This document shows positions 45,793-56,024 of a stretch of 64,000 nucleotides of DNA, in pieces. The position numbers and the translations under genes were made by a program. A model generated the notes under the pieces. The model made no database searches. It was not told the DNA's origin and was given only the letters and a program-made list of their open reading frames with translations. This stretch comes from Phyllosticta citribraziliensis. Its lineage: Eukaryota. Location of the stretch: assembly GCF_038025025.1 (NCBI RefSeq), contig NW_027117342.1, positions 558,001-622,000 on the forward strand. Direction: 5' to 3'. Position 1 is the stretch's first letter, and each line of letters starts with the position of its first letter.

Positions 45793-48700
45793 CTAGCGAA
45801 CTCCATACGGGGTGCCAATCGCACGAACACGACCACCACGTCCACTTCCACCATGTCCACCACGTCTATTTTTGCTGTTGAGCACAAAAGTTCGTTCAGC
45901 GAACAGGCTCTTCTTCACGGGCTTGCCTTCGAGCGCGGCGAGGTAATCGTCGACGTCGATAACGTCTTTGCGTCGCAGTAGATCCCGGACCAGAGACCCA
46001 AATGCACCCACCTGCCAGTGGCCCTTTGTCGCATGGTCAGACTTTGGCGCTCTGATGGCTCTGGTCCAACCACCAAAATTGCCGAAAAGAATCAACATCT
46101 CCTTGGCGCGCGTCAGAGCGGCGTTGAGCGGCTTTGGCTGAGCAATGAACGAGACCGACAACTCGTTGTTGATCTTGTTGCTCACCAGAGAAAACAAGAC
46201 AATGTTGGCTTCGCTGGATGAGACTTGGGTCGAAGTCAATACTCTGATCTGTTTGTTCGCCTCGGGAACCTCGTCGCGGATTTTTTGGATGATGACGCGG
46301 CGCTGTCCGTAGTACGGCGTAACGACCATGATCTCGCTGGGCTGAATCTGCCTCGAAACTTTGTCTGATTCCTCCGATGAACTTGGTCGAAACGCCAGGA
46401 GCCTCTTGATTGTGGCGATGACGGCGTCTGCCTCGAATTCATTGTAGGAGGATTTCGTGTATTCATATGCTTCCGAGTATACCACCCTGTCTTTTTGCGG
46501 CGTTGTTGACACGTCGACCGCAACGCGGCGTCTGCGACTGAAAACGGTCGCATCAATAGAGCTGAAGATAGACTGAAGCGACTGACCCAGCTCTTTGTCA
46601 GGATTGAATTGGGACTTGAGCGATTTCTTGTAGAATTCTTGCGAAGGGAACTCCATGATGTGTGGGTGCATGCGGTAGCAATGCTGAAGCAGAACCCGCT
46701 CAACACCTTCACGATCCTGGAGCACGTCAAGCAGAGACTTTGACATGGAGATGCCCATCTCACTGGACAGACGCGACTGGAGGAACGGGGATTGCTGTTG
46801 GTTGTCGCCCAATACAACTATGGCTTTGATTTTGGGGTGCGCGGCAAGAGGTACACAGCCTTCCGGAATAGACGTCTGCGAAGCTTCCTCCATGACCAGC
46901 ACATCGGGGCTGAAACCGCCATCCGTCAGGATTCTGTGGGCGGATCTCGAAGTCGTGGTGAACAAGACGGCTACTCCAGAGAAGAACTCAGCCCTGAAGG
47001 TTGTATCCTCAGCCTTACAGATCGCTCTCTCAAGGTGTTCAATTCGCTGTGATGTCAACATGCATGGATCCTCCAGGGCCTCCACACACTGGCAGTAGTG
47101 GACAGCCTTTCCATGAAGGAGATGCTGTGGCGAGTTGCCAATTCTCACTATCATTGCGCGAAGCATGGCTTGATAAGAGTATTTTTCAAGGCGCAGATTG
47201 CCACTGTAGCTCGTACTGAAAAAGTGGGTCCACATGGCCGAAGTCAGATCCTGGTATTGCAGATGGATATGGTGTGCGTCGTAATGCTCCTCATGCTCAT
47301 CGCTCGCCGATGCCGCATCGTGCTGGTGGTTCTCAAGACTGTCTCTTACGTCCTTCGGGACCCTACCACCCTTGAAGAGACAGTACTTGTCGTGGCCCGC
47401 TTGGAGAGATTTGTAGAAGCTGTGGAATACGGAATCCAGAGGGCTGTTGCTGTTGGTGACGACCAGAACCCGTAGTCCTGCGGCCACAAGCCCCTCCACA
47501 GTTGTTGCTAGCGTTTTGGTTTTGCCTGTACCGGCCGGCCCCTCAAGCAGTGTCATTGACTTGTCGAGCATGCTTGTCATTGCCTTGGATTGGAGCTGGT
47601 TGAGGCTGTGACGTTCTAAAACGGCCAGAAATCTTTCCTTTCGCGTGCAGTCCTCGTCGAACCACCCTTTTAAGCCAGTCGTGTTGGAACTTTTGCGAGT
47701 TGGCAGCCCCAACAAACTTCTGAAATCCACAAAGCTGGTTGATGGAGAGTGCGCAACGACGTCGAGTGCCTTGAGCTGTCGCGATGTTGAAATCTCGTCA
47801 TCAACCTCATTAATGGTTATCTTGTACTGCTTCAAGTCTTCAAAGAGGCAATTTTGCCCCTTTACTGTAGCGAAGACGCTGAAATTTGCTTGTCTCATGT
47901 GGAAGTTCTCAGTGACGAAGCCTTCACATTCGACTAGTTCGCCAAGACTGTCTTTGACACTGATTGATACTCGAGCATCGACTCGGGGAATCAGATCGGT
48001 CTCACCGTCTTGATATTCTGCAGGGAGCCATACAAGGACCATGTATTGGTTGCTGACATTTTCGCAACGAATGAACTCTGCTGTTGCGATGTGATTATCG
48101 CTGATAGGGCCCATCATGAACCGCTGCTGCTGATGTTCACGTTCGCGCTGCACACCCAGGCGCCACAAGAACATGACGAGATCCGGAAGCGGGAGTTGAT
48201 CAGGAAGAGTAAAAGACGTCCACGTCGCGGGAACATAGAGCACGCCTGAGCCTTCCTGCGTGGCGACCCACCAGCTCTGGACAAGCCACCTTGGGATCTG
48301 GAGTCCGCTGATGGGGAATTCGTTGCTCGCCATGGAAACCTCCTTGTGGTTGGGTCTTTGCAGTCGGTAAAACCAAAGAAGGCCGTGGTCTCGGCACATC
48401 GTCATGATCGGAACAAAGTATGAGTGAAATTGGTGGAGGGCTGCGATGTCTTCGATATGGAGTCTGTGCTGAAAAATGGTCAAGTCTGCTCCCTGACATG
48501 CAAGCTGTGCAACAATCTTGTGATTCCGGGGCATCAAATGACGTGTGCAGAAGTCCTGGCCATAGTACTGATGTACCATATCTGTGACTTCAGCGTCATC
48601 GAGGCCGACAAAAACCACTCCAGATCGTTCCCAGACCCACGGCGTGTAGACATTTTCTACTTCGCCATCCTCCATACCCTCATTGTCTAGCTGCACCGGG

Positions 48701-49278
48701 GCGGTCCTGGAGTCAACGCGAATGCGCGTTACGAACGGAGTGTCTGTCGGGTCTCCTTGAGCAGGCGTTGACGATCGCCTGTAGAGGAGCTCATTCTCGG
48801 ATTGGGTTATTTGATTCTGGCTACGAATTTCAAGGGCGTCGGAGGATTGAGCGATTGCGTCACCGAATATGAGACACTTGAAATCAGCAGTGGATTTGTT
48901 GCCTTCATTTCGGCGCCAAACGGTGATTTCCAAGTGTGGCCACTGCGTGTGCACGCGGAATCTCATCGTGATGTCCTTGGGCGCATCCGTGTCTTTGGGG
49001 AAGTGGCCAGCAGTCACTCCGGTGCCGAAACACAGAATAGCGTCTCGACCTTCAAGGAGTTTCCTACAGGCCCAAGTTTTCTTAGAGGGCGCGTCGGCAC
49101 CTCTGTAGTCTTCGGTGACTGCTGCGACTTGAGGATGGTAGGCAGGGCAATTTTCGCTAAAGTTGAGCATTTGGCGGCTCACCAGTTTCTGGGTCTTGGT
49201 ATCTTTCAGTGGCCAAACGATGCTGGACTCGACAGCCATCTCGTCTTCTGCGGTCGAAGGGGAAGCGTCGTCTGCCAT
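45793..49278 (-). CDS. Superfamily-1 helicase, Upf1/DNA2-NAM7-like, divergent and intronless
   Basis: LNQLQ, GPAGTGKT, VTNSN..LD, VMEEASQ, LGDNQQ, SLL, YRMHP, NEFEA, TPYYGQ and LNAALTRAK; likely start MADDASP at 49278 (an in-frame ATG also exists at 49749). Confidence 0.88.
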   Translation of the reverse strand: MADDASPSTAEDEMAVESSIVWPLKDTKTQKLVSRQMLNFSENCPAYHPQVAAVTEDYRGADAPSKKTWACRKLLEGRDAILCFGTGVTAGHFPKDTDAPKDITMRFRVHTQWPHLEITVWRRNEGNKSTADFKCLIFGDAIAQSSDALEIRSQNQITQSENELLYRRSSTPAQGDPTDTPFVTRIRVDSRTAPVQLDNEGMEDGEVENVYTPWVWERSGVVFVGLDDAEVTDMVHQYYGQDFCTRHLMPRNHKIVAQLACQGADLTIFQHRLHIEDIAALHQFHSYFVPIMTMCRDHGLLWFYRLQRPNHKEVSMASNEFPISGLQIPRWLVQSWWVATQEGSGVLYVPATWTSFTLPDQLPLPDLVMFLWRLGVQREREHQQQRFMMGPISDNHIATAEFIRCENVSNQYMVLVWLPAEYQDGETDLIPRVDARVSISVKDSLGELVECEGFVTENFHMRQANFSVFATVKGQNCLFEDLKQYKITINEVDDEISTSRQLKALDVVAHSPSTSFVDFRSLLGLPTRKSSNTTGLKGWFDEDCTRKERFLAVLERHSLNQLQSKAMTSMLDKSMTLLEGPAGTGKTKTLATTVEGLVAAGLRVLVVTNSNSPLDSVFHSFYKSLQAGHDKYCLFKGGRVPKDVRDSLENHQHDAASASDEHEEHYDAHHIHLQYQDLTSAMWTHFFSTSYSGNLRLEKYSYQAMLRAMIVRIGNSPQHLLHGKAVHYCQCVEALEDPCMLTSQRIEHLERAICKAEDTTFRAEFFSGVAVLFTTTSRSAHRILTDGGFSPDVLVMEEASQTSIPEGCVPLAAHPKIKAIVVLGDNQQQSPFLQSRLSSEMGISMSKSLLDVLQDREGVERVLLQHCYRMHPHIMEFPSQEFYKKSLKSQFNPDKELGQSLQSIFSSIDATVFSRRRRVAVDVSTTPQKDRVVYSEAYEYTKSSYNEFEADAVIATIKRLLAFRPSSSEESDKVSRQIQPSEIMVVTPYYGQRRVIIQKIRDEVPEANKQIRVLTSTQVSSSEANIVLFSLVSNKINNELSVSFIAQPKPLNAALTRAKEMLILFGNFGGWTRAIRAPKSDHATKGHWQVGAFGSLVRDLLRRKDVIDVDDYLAALEGKPVKKSLFAERTFVLNSKNRRGGHGGSGRGGRVRAIGTPYGVR

Positions 49279-49502
49279 CGTGGGGTGTGTCGTCAAGGGT
49301 CGTGAGGAGAGGTTGTAGATGATGAGGATGGAGGTGGAGGGAATAGGTGGAGGCGAGGAGGCGGAACAGTGCGTTGGATTTTTGAGTGTGTGGGTGGTGG
49401 AAACTCTGGCGGTGCCTGCCCAGAATGGATTTCGCAGGCAGCTGGTTGCCCTCGGCGTCGAAAGCGACAGCAACGTCCTGAGGCCTTCGTTCTGCTGCGT
49501 CA

Positions 49503-49634
49503 GATGGCTGCTCCCTGCGCGTACCCGCGGCGTTGGATGACTGCTCCCTAGATGCAGCAGTGCCAGAGGATGAATGCTTCTTAACCTCGACTGTACTCTC
49601 CAATGACTGCTCCTTGGGTGCAGTCGCAGTGCCA
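49503..49634. repeat. 33-bp-period degenerate tandem array (4 units, core RATGRMTGCTYCYT)
   Basis: TGCT(C/T)C cores start at 49509, 49542, 49575 and 49608. Confidence 0.8.
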
Positions 49635-51263
49635 GCACCTTCCGGCTTTGACACCCACTGTGGCTTGTGAATGCGGCAACATGGCAGTACCTATCCAGAC
49701 TTCCATCGCCAACATCTGCAGCCACCCTTCTTTTCCTCAGACAATCCATGCTATTCTTCAACCTAGAATTCTAGGCTCGAAGCATTGCTGTTCTCCTAGA
49801 GTTCATGTTTATGAGTCGAAGCCTACCAAACGGGCCATCAGGATGACCAGGTCGCCGAAACGAACCACTGCATACCTACGAGGTTCTTGGAAAACGCTCA
49901 AACAAAGCACGAGAAGGTCAGGGAAAGCAGAGAAGCGCAAATTTTTTTCCATGCATCATGCGGACGCTGAGCTAGAGTGAGGAGACTTGTGGCTCGAGGG
50001 TAGTCCAAATAAGATACCCACTAGGAGAGAAGCTTAAACGTTGGGAAGTCGTTGAGGGAAAGAGCGAGCAGCGGAGGAAGCGACATCTCCGCATTCGCGC
50101 ATCGCCACGCGCCTCGCCACACGGTGCGGCGGGACGATCCGATGAGACGCAGCACGTGAAAGCAAAAAGCAACGTCGTAAGAGCGATGTCGTAAGTACCA
50201 CGGTATCGAACAAGGAGTCTGGTGGAAAGCTCGTTTGCTGATCGTTTCAGAGTCTCTCTCACCTCACAGCGTCCTCGCTTTAAGACCTGTCATGGCTGCG
50301 GGTCCACGTTCCTTGACTTCCAGCGTGCATTGTCTAACGAGATGGCCGTGGTTGACATTGCGCATCGCGAGAGTTGAGTTGGTGGTGTTAAGGTTGGACT
50401 TGGCACAGCAGGGTGTGGGCGCTAAGGCTGCACGTGGGGGCAGGAGTTGATGCCGAGCAAAGCCGGAGCTCCAGACGACAGAACTGACGTGGATTTGGCG
50501 GTGAGCGGAGGGTGTTAGCGTGGAATGGTCGCATCATTCCTTGGAGACGAGCCTCGGCCTAGGTCGCTAAAGAGTAGATTTAGGTCGAGGCCTACTCGTC
50601 TGTTCTGATGTAGGGGCACGATCCCGTCATGCCCATGGAGCCACCCAGGCCTCCGCCGGGGGCGCGTTGGAAGCCTCCCTGTGCTCAAAACATGTCGGAT
50701 GTGTGCTCCCATGTGCTACGCGCCTCAGCCGTTGTGTATTGACGCTGCATGCACGGTTTATTGCCAGTGGCGCTGTCCATGGCCTCCGCTGCCTCGACTG
50801 TTGAGCGGGAGCTACGATGAGGGCCATTCGCACCGCTTGGGTGAAGAATTGGCAGGGCAGCTGACGCGCCAACCCAAACAACGGCGAGAGCAAAAGAAAA
50901 AGGCGTGCGGCTTCGCGTTCGAAATGGCTGCAGCAGGGTTGCGGCCTCGGTCGTGATTGGTCGGTCTGAGGCCGGCTGCACGATAAGAGGTGGCGCCTCG
51001 CTCCAGCCTGCGGTGCAGAGCCTGGATGGTCACGTTGGTGGTCTTCATTGAGTCTTGTGTTGCTGCCGCGGATTTTGGTAAAGGCGGCCTGGTTGCTTCT
51101 AAATTACGGTACTTCAAGTCCAACTAGGCCAGGTTGCCTTGCGCGTCCGTCTTGCCCATTTCTCCAGACTTTCCTCCCCACCTCCTCTCACCGCAGCTCC
51201 AACCCACTGCCCGCGCTCCTCGACGGCTTCATCCTGTCCTCCGCCCGCTACCGACTGACGCTT

Positions 51264-54200
51264 ATGCTTTCCCTCCTTCGACCTCGCCGCAAGGGTCGCC
51301 GCCAGGAGCAAAATTCGCCCTTTTCGACCCAGCGTGTCGGCCGCAACGCCGACCGAGAGCGTGGATCCGACGACGATAATGACTCGGGAGAGGATGACGA
51401 GGGAGACCTCTTGCCCTTCTATGCCGAACACCTGGGTGAGTCGCATTTCTGTTTACTGGGCCGTTGTGCCTAGGAACTTCGCGCGTCTTGGAGTTCGACG
51501 TTTCCGAGCCCTTGCTGATTGGACACCTGCCCAGACCGCCTCCCCGTCTACAGCATCACCCATTCGATCCGTATCCTCGTCGTGCAGAGATGCGAGACAA
51601 CGCTCTCATGGGACCAACTCCGCTCCCCGCAGATATCACAGTTCCTTGTCAAACCAATACTGGTGGAGCTGAAGGAAACGTTGTTCAACTCGGCTACGTT
51701 GTACGCGCTCATTGCGAACTGTCTGCAGTTCTCCAAAGAGGGCCAAGCCAACCCAGGTAATGTCGGCGTATGCAAGACTCGGGCCATGATTTGCGAGCTG
51801 CTGGCGATGCGCTTGCTCAAGGAGTATTCGACCCGTGAGCTCATTGATGCGCTATCATATGACTTCGACCCCTTGCAGGGCATTGCCCCGCCATCCACCG
51901 CCAATGGACGCGTCAAGCCCCTGCCGCAGCCCCGATTGGCTCGCATTTCTACTGTCGAAATAGCCATCAGGGCTCAAGCAAAGAAATTCCTCGCTCATCC
52001 TATACCGTGCCAAATCTTGGAGGGCATATGGAACGGAACAGTGGTCATTCACTCGGCCCTTGACGCGCTGCACCGCGCCCCTGAGAGGACAGTGGCCCAG
52101 TATGATGCTCGGCGACGCTCTTACGGCACCATGGACAACTCGCGCTTCCCGGGCAAGAACGCTGATGCCGGTCCGATTTATCCACACATGCTTCGCCGGA
52201 CAGTGACGATTTATGACCCAAGAGAAGCCTCCCTGTTCAAGCTCTCGCGCCTACGTGTTCCTCGCTACCGACAGCTCTTTTCCACCCTCTCGTTTGCCAT
52301 AATGCTCGGCTTATTCGTGGCGGTGCTGGTTGAGCAGTCCCTGGACATTACCGCGCTCGAAGTGATTTTCTGGTTCTGGAGCGCGGGATACATGCTTGAC
52401 GAGGTTGTCGGCTTCACCGAGCAGGGGTTCAATCTCTATATTCAGAGCGTTTGGAATGCTTTCGATCTCGGGATCCTCGGGATGATGGTCGTTTATTACG
52501 TTTTGCGGCTTTACGGCATCCTCATGCCAGACGTACGGAAACACCACGTGGCCAGCATGGCATACGACGTTCTAGCCTCGACCGCCGTTCTTCTCTTCCC
52601 TCGATTGTTCTCGGTTCTCGACCACTACCGGTACTTCTCGCAACTTTTGATCGCCTTCCGGATGATGGCCATGGATCTATTTGCCGTCCTGGTTTTGATC
52701 ATCATCAGCTGCAGCGGCTTCTTCGTGGCCTTCAGCCTTGCCTTTGGCAACAAAGGACTCTCGTCTCCGGCGTCTGCGGCATACGCCCTGTTCCAAATGC
52801 TCATGGGATTCACTCCAGCAGCCTGGGACATTTGGGGCAGCTACAATCCTCTCGGAAAAGCCATCCTGGTTCTCTTTCTTTTCGTTACACATTTCTGTAT
52901 TGTAACCATATTGATTACAGTGCTGACTAATTCTTTCCTTTCAGTCTCCTCGAACGCCCACGAGGAGCACCAGTTCTTGTTTGCCATCAACACCATTTCC
53001 ATGGTAAAATCGGACGCTCTTTTCTCATACATTCCTCCTTCAAACATTCTCGGCTGGCTTCTCACTCCTCTTCGCTTCGTCTTCCCTTTCCGTCGATTCT
53101 TGAAAATGAACCGTACGCTTATTAAGATTACTCATCTTCCGATTTTGTTTACCATCTGGGGCTACGAAAGACTGATTCTCGCCCGACTGGCCTTTCAACC
53201 CGAAGAGTTGGTTGAGCAAAGAGGAAGGTCGCGCTCCAAGCCTCCAGCTTTCAGTCTCGGAGAGGGAGATGTTGTCTTTTCTCCTGGCACTCGTCTAAGG
53301 GAGCCTTCTATTACCACATTCCACAAGGATCGCGCGTTGGAGGAGGTTTTCCGGCGGCCTTTCCGTGGTGCAACTCTCAATCGGAAAGCTACCGGTGAAT
53401 CACTGGCAGAAAGGAGAAAATCAAGTAATGTCGTCCGCGACTGGATGCAGGGGGTCGGTCATGAAGGTGGAGCATCTCCACCACTTGAAGAACCTCGTTC
53501 AGTACTCGAAAGATTAGAGAATGGTCGGCGTCCAACCATCCGCCGCATCAAGACTGCTGTAAGAATGGGCGGTCCGCCCTTTCGAAGAGTGTACTCGGCC
53601 GCCTCCGACCCCGACCTCATTTCTCTGCAGCGGGAAGCATCCCGCGACACTCGAGACGACGAGGACCCGATCAACAGCAACGACGACCATCCACACGATG
53701 GCGACGACGAACTTGGGACGAACGACGAGCTCGGCACCAACGCTGAAGACGAAATGACACTGGAGCCCCTGAGTCAAGTTCCTTCAAGAGTCAATTATCA
53801 CCAGCCGCAAGATATCAGGCGACAATCGATTCCAGAAGACGAGGATGGAGACTATTTCAGGACTCCAGTGGCTACCACTGCACACACCCCCCTGATTCCC
53901 AGCTCAAACTCTTCCAAAATTCGCGACGGCCACCCGCGACCCCTGCATTTCCACAGCCGAAATCTGTCCACCAACACGATTCTCTTTAGCCCGCAGAAAG
54001 AAGAATATGGATCGAGCCGCACGTCGGATATTACGAATCCTCCCAAACGCCCCGGCACAGCCCACCGCAGCGGCACTGCTACTCCTCATACGAGAACGCC
54101 AAAACGGCCCCCAGGCACTCCACAACCAAGCCAGGCCAGGCCAATCGTGTCAAATCGCTTCGGCAACCAGTCATCTCCCAACCTGGTCGGCTTCGGGCAC

Positions 54201-54713
54201 CTCCCCCGTCCGTCGCGGGACCGCAACCCATCATTCAACGCGCTCGCTCTCGACCTGGCCTCAGATCTCGGCGACAACCGTCCACGGGACATGCCCGACG
54301 CCATGGCGGCGAGCTTCTCGACGCAGATGGAGATGGCGGCGCTACGCCAACAGCGGTTGAAGCGGCGGCAGCAGCAGGAGAACGACGACAGCAGCGACGA
54401 CAGCGAGGACCGGACGCGGATGAACAAGATTATGCTGGCGCGCATGAACAACCTCGAGGAGAGCTTCCGCGAGGTCTTGGAGGAGGTGCGCGGGCTCAAC
54501 CGCCACGGCGCTGGCGCTGGCCGCGACAAGAAGGGCAAGGGCAAGAAGGGTGTGAAGACGCCTGGCAGCAAGACTCCGGGCACCAAAACGCCGAGGGGCT
54601 CTGATAAGGCTGCGCGGCCGGGGAGTAGCGATGTTGCTGTGATGGATTTCGAGGGGCGGAAAAAAGACGAGGATGACGAGCACGACGTTGACCCGGGCAG
54701 GAGCTCCATTTGA
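51264..54713 (+). CDS. TRP-like (Yvc1-related) non-selective cation channel, 1 intron
   Basis: CETTLSWDQLRSPQISQFLVKP, RAQAKKFLAHP, LRVPRY, ~6 TM segments, pore-like LMGFTPAAW and VTILITVLTNSF; intron 51436-51534. Confidence 0.88.
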
Positions 54714-54890
54714 GCGGCATGGAGCTGTGCTCTCGCCCTCCTTTCATTGACCAAAATCGTCTCTACTACTTACTCTGCTGTACACTATTTTGTCTTTCGC
54801 TCCTGTCGTTTTATTCTCTCGCTTCTTCTCTGCATACGGGCGGCGTTCTCCATTTTCTGCGTCTTTTCTCCATGTTGGCCCGCAGTGGTG

Positions 54891-54979
54891 GACGGATGCT
54901 CCCTAGGCGCAACTGCGATAGCAGACGAATGCTCCTCAGGCGTCACTGTGGGTGGAGACGAATGCTCCCTGCGCGCGCG
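54891..54979. repeat. 33-bp-period degenerate tandem array (3 units, core GACGRATGCTCC), with an inverted copy at 55255-55276
   Basis: TGCTCC cores at 54897, 54930 and 54963; 54958-54979 matches the reverse complement of 55255-55276 at 21/22 positions. Confidence 0.8.
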
Positions 54980-55972
54980 TAATGTTTTGATTATGAGATG
55001 GTGCCTTAGTTCGCAGCGCCTCAGCGTTGGATCAGTAATGTCTTTATGCATGCAGCCTTTGATCGCTTCCTTGAGACTTGCTCGTTTGCTTTGACAGAAT
55101 GTTCCTATTGAAGAAGACTAAGAGCGGGAGAGAAAATGAGATATGACGGCTCCTCTGTCTACAGCATGTGTTGCGGCGCGACGAATAGTTTTGCTTTTTG
55201 TTGATGCTCGTCTCGTGCGGTACATGTAAGCCCAGTCGTCCAACATCCCGCCTGCGCGCGCACAGGGAGCATTCGTTCGTCCATGAGGTCCGCTGCGCAG
55301 ACCCAGAAGCCGCCCGTCACGTCGCGGCGGCGGTCCTGCCAGCGCCCACGCCCTCCTTCCCAATCCGCCCAGCCCATCGGTTAGCGCCCACACGTCCAGA
55401 TAAATAGCGAGACTCCTCCCGCCCTCATCCTGTCCTCTTCTTCCTCTCCATCACTCTCCGCGGCAAACGCTCGTCCGGGCTCTTCGTTGAGCCCGTCTTT
55501 CCTCCCCCTTCGTTTGCGCTCCGGCCCCGTGCCTTTGGGCACACAGGGTTCGCGCGCTGCGCGTTCCCTCCGCTTCGACGCTTCGCGCGTCGTTGCGCCA
55601 CCCTGGTCATCTACCTGTAGGTGATTGGGTTTAAGCCTACCTGGTAGGCGAGTTCTCTTTTTCGGCGAGCAGCTTCGGCTGTTCCGCTGGCTTCGACGCT
55701 TGCGTCGTTGCAGCTCATCGCTTGGGGTTTCCCCGGTGATCGGCTTGTGTCTGTGTATGCAGGCAAATTATAAACTTTCTTCCCTTCGCCTTTGACGTCT
55801 CGCCTTTGAGGCTCAGTTGAGCCATGCCCTGGAGTTGGGGTCGAGATTCGTCTCGATGACGGCATCGATACGAGGGATGCACTCGGCCCGGCTGCGGATT
55901 CACGGCCAAGTCTTGCTAATCCTAATGGCGTTTAGCGTGCGCACCCCGCGAATCGCAGGAGCCTTTACTACC

Positions 55973-55978
55973 ATGTAG
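55973..55978 (+). promoter_or_regulatory. Minimal start-stop uORF (ATG-TAG) in the URA2 leader
   Basis: ctaccATGTAG, ending 46 nt before the URA2 ATG and lying downstream of a likely 5'-UTR intron acceptor (GCTAAT..TTTAG at 55935). Confidence 0.45.
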
Positions 55979-56024
55979 AATATTTTTCTTCTCCCTCTCT
56001 CAACATCCCCACACACAACGCAAA

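Noticed and set aside
49503..49634. Conserved-core, variable-spacer arrays as a CRISPR array
   Set aside because: Eukaryotic context, only 3-4 degenerate units, a 33-bp total period that is too short, and no cas genes.
49279..49761. 161-codon in-frame N-terminal extension of the SF1 helicase
   Set aside because: Composition looks like UTR or repeat (C/T-rich leader just before MADD); left out of the CDS call, although use of the ATG at 49749 cannot be excluded.
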